From Candidatus Eiseniibacteriota bacterium (GTDB lineage Bacteria > Eisenbacteria > RBG-16-71-46 > JABDJR01): a stretch of 64,000 bases of DNA. Of the stretch, positions 56,639-64,000 are shown in pieces (the stretch's first letter is position 1; every line of letters starts with the position of its first letter). The stretch is from assembly GCA_963783375.1 (NCBI GenBank), contig CAWANH010000029.1, positions 320,001-384,000 of the forward strand. Reading direction: 5' to 3'. The notes beneath the pieces are model-generated. The model was given only the letters and a program-made list of their open reading frames with translations. It searched no databases and was not told the origin of the DNA. Both the position numbers and the translations under genes were made by a program.

Positions 56639-57636
56639 GGGATCACGGTCCAGGAACGAACCGCGCTCGGCCGGCCGCTCAGCCTGGCCCCGTCGACTCC
56701 GTAGACCCGCCAATATGCCTTCCCTTCATCGCCCGGCTGGACGTCGATGGTGGCGAAGCTCCGGCTCAGGTTGGCCTTGAACACCGGATTCTGGAAGTCC
56801 GGGGTGAGGGAGATCTCGAACCGGTAGTGATCGATCCCCGAGCAGTCGCTGAGCTCGCTCCAGACCGCGGTGATGCCGTCGCCGACCTTGAACACCGCGC
56901 CGTCCGCGGGATACAGGAGGATGGGCGGGTCGGGGGGGAGGATGTCGAAGGGCGCGAAGGCTCCCTCGTAGCGCACCGGCACGGTCACCCGCGGGCGCTG
57001 GGGATCGTTGGTGAGCGCCACCAGGGAGTCGAGGACGGGGTAGGGACCGTCGGGGGCCCAGGACCAGACCACCGGAAGGACGGAATGGCCGGCCACGATC
57101 CGGTCGGCGAACCCCTGGGCGCCCGGCGGCGCGTGCACCGGGTGCCAGTAGAGATCGTCGGCTTCCAGGTTGTAGACGAAGAGGGTGTCCTCGCCGGCGC
57201 CCTCGCTCATACAGAACGACGGCGGCTCGTAGAAGAGCGCCCCCGGGTTGGACGCGACCGCGGTCACCGTCACCCGGAGGGATACCGAGTCGGCCAGCGT
57301 GCGGTCGGCGGCCCGGATCCATACCGGGCCGTACCCGCCCGCATCGCCGACCTTGGGCTCCAGGGTCAGCGTGACCCGAGCGGGGCCCGGATCCACCAGG
57401 CGGGCGAAGGGAGGAAGACCGACCGCGGAGAAGACCAAGCTGTCCCCGTCGGCGTCCACGGCGGTGATGGTGATCGATCGTGATTCCTGTTCCATGAGGG
57501 TCACGTCGCCGATCGGGTCGAGCGCCGGAGCTTGGGGGTCTTTGGGCGCGCCCGGGTTGTCCCCCCCGCACGCGGAGAGGATCGCGGGGAGAACGACGAC
57601 GAGGAAGATCGGCCGGCGGGAGGGAGCGACGATCAA
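56635..57636 (-). CDS. Lipoprotein with Ig-like/FN3-like domains
   Basis: Lipobox LSAC; P.LDPIGD..AVDADGDSLVFSAVGLPPFA, TNDPQRP, P.LLYPADG, YWRV; TTG start. Confidence 0.75.
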   Translation of the reverse strand: MIVAPSRRPIFLVVVLPAILSACGGDNPGAPKDPQAPALDPIGDVTLMEQESRSITITAVDADGDSLVFSAVGLPPFARLVDPGPARVTLTLEPKVGDAGGYGPVWIRAADRTLADSVSLRVTVTAVASNPGALFYEPPSFCMSEGAGEDTLFVYNLEADDLYWHPVHAPPGAQGFADRIVAGHSVLPVVWSWAPDGPYPVLDSLVALTNDPQRPRVTVPVRYEGAFAPFDILPPDPPILLYPADGAVFKVGDGITAVWSELSDCSGIDHYRFEISLTPDFQNPVFKANLSRSFATIDVQPGDEGKAYWRVYGVDGARLSGRPSAVRSWTVIP

Positions 57637-59375
57637 CGCGACGGATTTCCTTTCCGGAAGAGGGGCACCACTTGGAAACGTCCCTCATTGTAGCGGAGAA
57701 GGTAGGGACGCCGCTCCCGGTGCGCCTCCCAGAACTCCCGGTTCCGACCGCCCAGGTCGCGCACGAAGAGGATCGGATCGGAGAGGTCGGGGCGGGGGTC
57801 GGGGGTGCCGAAGACCCAGCTCACCGGCTCCGGGGGCTGGACCCCCTCGGTGAACACGATCGCCGGGGGTTCCACCGCCGCGGCCACCGCCCGGTACGGC
57901 TCGGCCACCGCCCGGGTCAGCGCCCGGAGGTGGGTGACCTGGGGCGGCCAGAAGACCAGGAACGCGGCCGTGACCGACGCGGCGACCCAGGCCGCGGGTT
58001 CGGCCGGGCCCCGCCGTTCGCTCCATCGCTTCAGACCGATGACGCTCAACACGCAGAAGGGGATGAGGATCTCGTAGGTCTTGACCGGGCCGGTGTCGTT
58101 CACTCCGATGGACCAATAGAAAAGATAGGAGAAGAGACCCACCCCCATCATGAGAGCGGCGGCGCGGGCATACAGGGTCTCGCTCAATCGTCCTGCCGCG
58201 GGCGGCGTGTCGACGCCTCGGCTCGAGAACGCCCACGCCGCGGGGAGAACCGCCAGAGGCCATCCAAAGGCCCAGAAGTGGAACCGCACCGCCAGGAGCA
58301 ATACGTTCTTGAGACCCTGAATCGGGGTGTGGACGATGAGGCCCGGGATGATGGTGCCGAACCCGAACTCCTTCATCGTGCTTCCCCGAACCGCCTGGTA
58401 GCCGGTCACCAGGGGGTTTCCGCTTACCCCCGCATTGTAGAGCAGGAAGAAGACCACCCCGAGGACGCCGGCGGCGGCCGCCCCGGCCAACGCGCGACCG
58501 CGGCCCCGGCGCGCCCCCGCCCAGAGAAGGAGCGTGGCGGGAAATGCGCCGAGCGTGACCGCGGTGTAGGGCCGGGCTAGGAGGAGGAGGGCCAGACCGG
58601 CCCCCGCGGCCAGCCCGAAGCGGAGGCGGCCGTCTTCCGTCGCCCGCACCGCACCCCACGAGGCCAGGGCGAGCCCGAAGGTGGAGGAGGGATGGCTGAG
58701 GAGCGTCGCTCCGGTGAGGAGAAAGAGGGGAGAGAGGAGGACCAGCACGGCACCGGCCCGAGCCCAGCCCCCTCCGGCGATCCGGCGGAGGAGGGCGCCG
58801 ATCAAGAGCACGTTCGCCGCGGCCAGGGCCACCGGCGCCAGCCGCGGCCATCCCAGCAGCACGCCGGGAAGGAGCATCAGCGGGTGGCCCGGAGGGTACT
58901 GGCCGAACCAACGGCCGTCCTTGACCTGGACGAACACGTTCACCAGGAAATCCGAAGCGACCGGGGCCGGCCAGGCCGCGCGGCCGTGAGCGAGGAGCCG
59001 CGACTGGAAGAGGTACACGTACTCGTCGTCGGTCACCACCTGGCCCCGGAGGACGACCACCGCGATGGCCAGGACCGCGACCGCAGCCAGCCCGGCCGGG
59101 ATCAGGTCCCCCGCGCGCCGGGAACCGATCCCTTCGAGGCGGGGGAGCGCGCGCCCGATCGCGGGCAGCATGCCCCAGGCCAGGGCGAGGACCCCGGCCG
59201 TACCCCCGGCCAGATACCGGAGGTAGAACCCGGCTTCGCCGGGCCCCAGCATGAGGAACCACCGGGGGGCGTAGGCGTCGAAGGGGTGGCCGGCCCACTC
59301 GCGGCCGGTCCACGTCCGGGTCGCGACCAGGAGCGCGATTCCCAGGAGAACGGCGGCAACCCGCTTGGCGCTCAT
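57633..59375 (-). CDS. GT-C fold membrane glycosyltransferase (ArnT/PMT-like)
   Basis: TDDEYVYLFQSRLLAHGR, QYPPGHP, LLSH, LARPYTA, YNAGVSGNPL; polytopic. Confidence 0.78.
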   Translation of the reverse strand: MSAKRVAAVLLGIALLVATRTWTGREWAGHPFDAYAPRWFLMLGPGEAGFYLRYLAGGTAGVLALAWGMLPAIGRALPRLEGIGSRRAGDLIPAGLAAVAVLAIAVVVLRGQVVTDDEYVYLFQSRLLAHGRAAWPAPVASDFLVNVFVQVKDGRWFGQYPPGHPLMLLPGVLLGWPRLAPVALAAANVLLIGALLRRIAGGGWARAGAVLVLLSPLFLLTGATLLSHPSSTFGLALASWGAVRATEDGRLRFGLAAGAGLALLLLARPYTAVTLGAFPATLLLWAGARRGRGRALAGAAAAGVLGVVFFLLYNAGVSGNPLVTGYQAVRGSTMKEFGFGTIIPGLIVHTPIQGLKNVLLLAVRFHFWAFGWPLAVLPAAWAFSSRGVDTPPAAGRLSETLYARAAALMMGVGLFSYLFYWSIGVNDTGPVKTYEILIPFCVLSVIGLKRWSERRGPAEPAAWVAASVTAAFLVFWPPQVTHLRALTRAVAEPYRAVAAAVEPPAIVFTEGVQPPEPVSWVFGTPDPRPDLSDPILFVRDLGGRNREFWEAHRERRPYLLRYNEGRFQVVPLFRKGNPSR

Positions 59376-59384
59376 CCCGGGACG

Positions 59385-61613
59385 CTAGCGGGGGCCACGC
59401 TTCTCAGGGGGACCCAGGGCCTGCAATCGGGCCTTGGCCCGGTCCGCCTGGGGAGCGTGAACCTTGATCAGGGCCTGGTAGGCGGTGCGGGCTTCGTCGG
59501 CGTGCCCGAGCTTCTCGTAGATGCCCCCCAACTCCCACAGGGCGGCCGGATGGGGACGGTGCTCGTTGGCGGCCAGGAATTCGGAGACCGCTTCCTCGGT
59601 CCGCCCCGTTGCCTCGAGGGCCATGCCGAGTCGGTAGTGAAACTCATTGTCGACGTCCCCCAGACCGCCGGCCCGCTGGTAGGCCACGACCGCGGCGGAA
59701 TCCCGCCCCGCATCGGCGAGGGCGGCGGCCTGCACCAGGGCGGCCTCCTGGGAGGTGGGGGCAAGGGCGGCCGCGCGGTCGGCGGACTCGAGCGCGCGAT
59801 CGAGGCGGCCCAGCTTCCGATCCAGGACGCTGAGGGTGAGCCAGGGACCGGGGACGTCGGGGGAGAGCTTGACCGCCTCCTCGAGGTCGTCCAGGGCCTT
59901 TACGGTGTCGCCGAGGGCCCAGCGGTTGACTCCGCGCCGGTAGGCAAGGGTTCCGGCCACGTCGTCGATCCGTCCCCCCCGCGCCCGCTCCAGGGCGTCC
60001 AGGGCGTGGAGGGCGTCCACCGGCTGCCCGGCCTGCCGGTAGAGATCCTCGACGTTGAAGTAGGTCTCGGCCTGGGTGGAGTCGGCCTCCATGGCCCGCC
60101 GGTAGAAGGTCATCGCCTCCTGGCTCCGGCCCTGCCGGGCCAGCATCTTTCCGAGGTTGTTCAAGGCCTCCGCGTTCCCCGGATCCGCATCCACCGCTTT
60201 CCGGAAGGCCTCGGTGGCGCCGGCCGCGTCCCCCTTCTCCAACCGCGCCGCCCCCTCCAGGTTCATCATGTGGGCTCGCGTGTCCCCGCCCCTCACCAGC
60301 GGCACGAAAGCGAGGATCAGGTAGAGCGCGGCCGCTCCGGCCAGCGGCCCCCACCGCCGGGGAACGTGGCGCCAGGCCGCGAATCGTTCCACCGCCAGAC
60401 CCGCCGCCGGCCAGAGGAATATCGCGAGGGGGAGGCGGTAGCGGGCGGTGACGAAGAACAAGGCCACCGAAACCAGGACCGCCAGGAAACCGAGGGGGAG
60501 GAGGATCCGGCGTCGTCGTAGCGCCAGCAGGAAACCCACTCCGCCCAGGGGGAGGAGCCAGCCCAGGGTGGGGAGCGCCAGCAACACCGGGGCCCTCCCG
60601 CGGAAGTATCCGAAGTCGTAGTGGTTGGGCACCTCGAAATTGTTGACCGCGAGGAGAACCTTCCGGGCGAAGAGTCCCAGGGCGCGCCCCGGTTGGGTGA
60701 TCCAGAAATCGAGGCCCTGAAGCCCCCACCAGCGATCCACCTGGGCCGCGGACATGGGGTGCCCGGTTGATTCCTCCGCCGCTTCGCGGGCGCTGGTGAA
60801 GAGACCCTCGGGCCGGTTCAGCAGGCCGGAGTCGGGGGGAAGGTGGAAGGTCCCGTCGGTGGAGGGGTTGTTCCCGATGTAGTAGTTCACGCCGCCGTTG
60901 ACCGAGACGAGGACCGGCTGCCCGGACACCGCGAGATTTCGCAGTCCCGTGGCCGCGGGGGGAGCGAGGACGCCGAGGAGGAGGAGCCAGGCCGCGGAGC
61001 GTTGGGGAAGTCCCAGCCGGCGGGGGGCGGCGACCGCGACCAACGCCAGGGCGCCGGCGGCCAGGAGCAGGTTGGGCTGGGCGAGGCCGGCGAGGCCCAG
61101 GGCCGCCCCGGCGGCAAACGCCGTTCGCCGCCGGCCCCAGAGCGCCAGCGCCGCCTCGATCAGGAACACCGCCAGGGAGATCGAGAGGAGTTCCCCTTCG
61201 AAAAAAACGAACGGGCCGTAGAGGGCTGCCCCCAGGCCGGCCACCGCCGCTCCGGTGAAGCCGGCCAGCCGGAACCCCACCAGGGCCAGGAGCACCGCCC
61301 CCGTCGCCCCCAGGAGGAACTGGATCGCGTGCGCGCCCCCGAGTCCCAACCCCGTCGCCTGGGTCACGAACAGGAAGAAGGGGTAGAGGGGGGCCTGGGT
61401 GTACGGCGAGCCGTGAGGGGCCCCGAGCCCGTCCCGGGCCAGCTCCTGGGCCATGGCCAGGTGCGTGGCGGCGTCGCCGGTCGCTTCCTGGTAGAGGGGG
61501 AGGTTCCGGACCTCGAGCCAGTAGAGGCCGCGGACGAGGATGGCGACCACGAAAACCATGAGGAAGAGGAAGGCGAGCCTGCGCTCGGGGCCGGTGGTGT
61601 GGGGAGGGTTCAT
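59385..61613 (-). CDS. GT-C fold (PMT_2-like) glycosyltransferase with C-terminal TPR array
   Basis: GDAATH..MA, APLYPFFL, ALYGPFVFFEGELL, NGGVNYYIGNNP, FFVTARYRLP, then TPRs (NAEALNNLG). Confidence 0.85.
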   Translation of the reverse strand: MNPPHTTGPERRLAFLFLMVFVVAILVRGLYWLEVRNLPLYQEATGDAATHLAMAQELARDGLGAPHGSPYTQAPLYPFFLFVTQATGLGLGGAHAIQFLLGATGAVLLALVGFRLAGFTGAAVAGLGAALYGPFVFFEGELLSISLAVFLIEAALALWGRRRTAFAAGAALGLAGLAQPNLLLAAGALALVAVAAPRRLGLPQRSAAWLLLLGVLAPPAATGLRNLAVSGQPVLVSVNGGVNYYIGNNPSTDGTFHLPPDSGLLNRPEGLFTSAREAAEESTGHPMSAAQVDRWWGLQGLDFWITQPGRALGLFARKVLLAVNNFEVPNHYDFGYFRGRAPVLLALPTLGWLLPLGGVGFLLALRRRRILLPLGFLAVLVSVALFFVTARYRLPLAIFLWPAAGLAVERFAAWRHVPRRWGPLAGAAALYLILAFVPLVRGGDTRAHMMNLEGAARLEKGDAAGATEAFRKAVDADPGNAEALNNLGKMLARQGRSQEAMTFYRRAMEADSTQAETYFNVEDLYRQAGQPVDALHALDALERARGGRIDDVAGTLAYRRGVNRWALGDTVKALDDLEEAVKLSPDVPGPWLTLSVLDRKLGRLDRALESADRAAALAPTSQEAALVQAAALADAGRDSAAVVAYQRAGGLGDVDNEFHYRLGMALEATGRTEEAVSEFLAANEHRPHPAALWELGGIYEKLGHADEARTAYQALIKVHAPQADRAKARLQALGPPEKRGPR

Positions 61614-61733
61614 CCGAGTGTCGTGCGCTCCTCGATCCGGTCTGAAAAGGTTGGTTTGATCCGCGAGCCGGTAGAGTTTAGCATTGTTCCTCGTACCGTA
61701 TCCGCCCCTGACCGCATCCCGAGGAGCGCCCCC

Positions 61734-62582
61734 TTGACCGATCTCGATGAGAAGCACCGCCGCGTCCTGGCCGACCTGGAATCCCTGGGTGGGGTGGTGG
61801 TGGCTTTCAGCGGGGGGGTCGACTCCACCCTGCTGCTCCGCCTGGCCAAGGACGCACTGGGAGAGCGGTGCGTGGCGCTGACCACGGTTTCCCCCAGCCT
61901 CCCGGAGCGGGAGCGCCGCGAGGCCGAGGACCTGGCCGCGGGGATCGGGGTCCCCCATCTCCGGGTCGCCTCCCACGAGCTGGACCGCCCCGGCTTCGCC
62001 CAGAACCCCACCAACCGCTGCTACTTCTGCAAGAGCGAGCTCTTCGATCACTGCTTCAAGGCGGCGGAGGAGATGGATCTTCCGGTGGTGGTCTACGGGG
62101 CCACCGCCGACGATCTTGGCGATCACCGGCCGGGGATGGCCGCGGCCCGGGAACGGGGAGCGCGGGCCCCGCTCCTGGAGACCGGGTTCGGAAAGGACGA
62201 CGTCCGGGCGCTCTCCCGGCGCCTGGGACTTCCCACCTGGGACAAGCCGGCCATGGCCTGCCTGTCGTCCCGGTTTCCCTACGGCACCGCCATCGATTCC
62301 GAGCGGTTGGGCCGGGTGGAGCGGGCGGAGGAGGCGCTTCGCCGGGAAGGGTTCAGCGAGCTCCGCGTCCGCTTCCACGGGGAGGTCGCCCGGATCGAGC
62401 TGGCCGGCGAGGCGTGGTCGAGGTTCGGCGATCCTGTCCTGCGGGAACGGGTGGCGGCTGCCGTCCGCGCGGCCGGATTCCGCTACGTGACCCTGGACCT
62501 GGAGCCCTTCCGGAGCGGGAGGCTCAACCAGGCGATGGCCGCCGGGAGGGAGCCCCGAATTGACCCGCCCCCTTCCCGGTGA
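61734..62582 (+). CDS. larE: LarE-family ATP-dependent sulfur transferase (PP-loop)
   Basis: AFSGGVDS, NRCYFCK, DDLGDHRPG, WDKPAMACLSSRFPYG, LRVRFHG; TTG start with SD GAGGAG. Confidence 0.9.
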   Translation: MTDLDEKHRRVLADLESLGGVVVAFSGGVDSTLLLRLAKDALGERCVALTTVSPSLPERERREAEDLAAGIGVPHLRVASHELDRPGFAQNPTNRCYFCKSELFDHCFKAAEEMDLPVVVYGATADDLGDHRPGMAAARERGARAPLLETGFGKDDVRALSRRLGLPTWDKPAMACLSSRFPYGTAIDSERLGRVERAEEALRREGFSELRVRFHGEVARIELAGEAWSRFGDPVLRERVAAAVRAAGFRYVTLDLEPFRSGRLNQAMAAGREPRIDPPPSR

Positions 62583-62588
62583 TAGACT
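62560..62588 (+). promoter_or_regulatory. Candidate sigma70 promoter for the aro leader and aroDE
   Basis: TTGACC-N17-TAGACT with extended -10 TG. Confidence 0.7.
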
Positions 62589-62621
62589 GTGTCCTTCCAT
62601 TTCATCGCAGGGAGACCGAAG

Positions 62622-62708
62622 ATGATCGCGTTCCGTTCCGGGTTTCATGGCTATAGTGGATGGCCGACCGGTGTCTGGCGTCGGGCCGGAGCGGGAAGGA
62701 GCGCGTAA
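62622..62708 (+). CDS. Putative aromatic-amino-acid leader peptide (28 aa)
   Basis: MIAFRSGFHGYSGWPTGVWRRAGAGRSA*, SD AGGGAG upstream; 2 Phe, 1 Tyr, 2 Trp; lies between promoter and terminator. Confidence 0.7.
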   Translation: MIAFRSGFHGYSGWPTGVWRRAGAGRSA

Positions 62709-62737
62709 CCCCAGGTTTCCCCACGCGAGCCCGAACC

Positions 62738-62772
62738 GGCCTCTTTCCCTCGGAAAGGGGCCTTTTCCATTT
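62738..62772 (+). terminator. Attenuator terminator upstream of aroDE
   Basis: GGCCTCTTTCC-CTC-GGAAAGGGGCC (11 bp, one G-U) followed by TTTTCCATTT. Confidence 0.72.
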
Positions 62773-62824
62773 CCCCCCGGCGGGCGACGCGTCCCGGCGG
62801 CCCCGGCGGGAGGGACGAGGATCG

Positions 62825-64000
62825 ATGGAACCAGGCAAGCGGCGCCTGTGCGCCAGCATCAACGCCGACCGGGTGGCGGAAGTCCGGCGGCTGGCCGGGG
62901 AGCTTCCCGTCCAGGTGGAGTGGGTCGAGCTTCGCGCCGACCTCCTGGCGTCCGGCGAGGCGGCGGGGGAGACGTGGCGGGAGCTGGCCGGCGCGGCCGG
63001 CCGGAGCTGGGTCTTCACCTGGCGCTCTCCCGGGGAGGGTGGGGCGCGCCCCCGCCCGCCGGGGATCCTGAGCGCCGCGGTGAAGGCGGGTTTCGCCGCG
63101 GTGGACGTGGAGGCGGCCGACCTGGACGCCGGCGACGCCGAGGCGACCGGCGTGCCGAAGGAGTTGCGATGGGTGAGCCGGCACCGCCTCGATCGGTTGG
63201 ACGACCCCGATGCGCTGGTCGGCGAGTGGGCGGCCCTTCGCCGCCACCCCGCCGCCCTCCACAAGCTGGTGGCCGTGGCGGACCGCTTCGAGGTCAATGA
63301 ATGGATCCTCGCCCTGATCCGGGAGACCGGCGCGGCCCCCGCCGTTCCCTTCACCGTGTTCGCCCAGGGATGGATCGGTCATGCCTCCCGCATTCTCGGC
63401 GCGCTGGAGGGAAATGCGATGACTTTCGTGGCCTCGGGCCGGGGGGCCACCGCCGCGGGCCAGCCCACCGCGATCGAGGCCACCCGGGTCTATCGCCTGG
63501 ACCGGCTCCCCCCCGACCCGAGGCTTTTCGGGGTCCTGGGGAACCCCGCCCGCGCGTCGCGGTCCCCGCGGATCCACAACCACGCCTTCGAGCGGACCGG
63601 AGAGCGCGCCCTCTACCTCCCCCTGGAATCCACCGAGGCCGAGCCGGTGGTGGCCTGGGTCCGGGATGGAAGGCTCCGGGGCCTGAGCGTCACCGCGCCC
63701 TTCAAGACGCGGGTGACGGAGCTCGTGGATCGGCTGGAACCCGGGGCGAAGGGGGTGGGGGCGGTGAACACGGTGTGGAGCGAGGACGGGGTGCTGTGGG
63801 GGGCGAACACCGATCTCGAGGCCGCGGAGGAGATTCTGGCCGGGCTGGACCTGGCCCCGGGAGCGCGGGTGGCGGTCCTGGGGGCCGGAGGGGCGGCGGC
63901 GGCGGTCCTGGCTGCGCTTCGGGGCCTCGGCCATTCCGCCGCGGTTTTCAACCGCGACCCCGATCGTGGCCGGCAAAGCGCGGTGCGGTTCGGAGCGGAA
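62825..64000 (+). CDS. aroDE: Bifunctional type I 3-dehydroquinate dehydratase / shikimate dehydrogenase (3' truncated by window edge)
   Basis: Translated by hand (absent from the ORF track because there is no stop): MEPGKRRLCASI...WVELRADLL, then LFGVLGNP...SRSPRIHN, GLSVTAPFK, GAVNTV, GANTD, LGAGGAA, FNR. Confidence 0.88.
   Translation, partial: MEPGKRRLCASINADRVAEVRRLAGELPVQVEWVELRADLLASGEAAGETWRELAGAAGRSWVFTWRSPGEGGARPRPPGILSAAVKAGFAAVDVEAADLDAGDAEATGVPKELRWVSRHRLDRLDDPDALVGEWAALRRHPAALHKLVAVADRFEVNEWILALIRETGAAPAVPFTVFAQGWIGHASRILGALEGNAMTFVASGRGATAAGQPTAIEATRVYRLDRLPPDPRLFGVLGNPARASRSPRIHNHAFERTGERALYLPLESTEAEPVVAWVRDGRLRGLSVTAPFKTRVTELVDRLEPGAKGVGAVNTVWSEDGVLWGANTDLEAAEEILAGLDLAPGARVAVLGAGGAAAAVLAALRGLGHSAAVFNRDPDRGRQSAVRFGAE

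Overview
High-GC (roughly 70% by eye) diderm bacterial chromosome segment. The protein families and C-terminal tails suggest an FCB-related candidate lineage such as Eisenbacteria or Krumholzibacteriota (inference only). 1-25 kb is an exosortase-associated surface-polysaccharide locus: SLBB export protein (partial), split Wzc and tyrosine kinase, GT2/GT4 enzymes, O-antigen ligase/polymerase, exosortase, EpsI, deacetylase, TPR lipoprotein, PrsK/PrsR-like sigma54 two-component pair and priming sugar transferase. Two secreted proteins embedded in it have sigma54 -24/-12 motifs; one is frameshifted at a C7GC6 tract just before a FlgD/T9SS-like C-terminal domain. 26-33.5 kb is an OM barrel, TPR, SpoIVB peptidase, beta-propeller, asd, dapB operon behind a terminator-containing leader. 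33.6-38.7 kb is a CapK-like ligase, GT2, flippase and GT4. 38.7-52 kb carries an MltD-like enzyme, M48 peptidase, Gld-like ABC system, CutA, SAM hydrolase, RNase Z-like protein, AI-2E transporter and folC. 52-54 kb holds two Cys-rich secreted paralogs ending in a (T/S)WGxIKTxY tail. 54-64 kb holds proS, an operon with two GT-C glycosyltransferases, larE, and a bifunctional aroDE gene preceded by an unannotated Phe/Tyr/Trp-containing leader peptide and terminator (candidate attenuator). No rRNA, tRNA, CRISPR array or mobile element was seen. All family calls come from motif recognition by eye; no database was searched.
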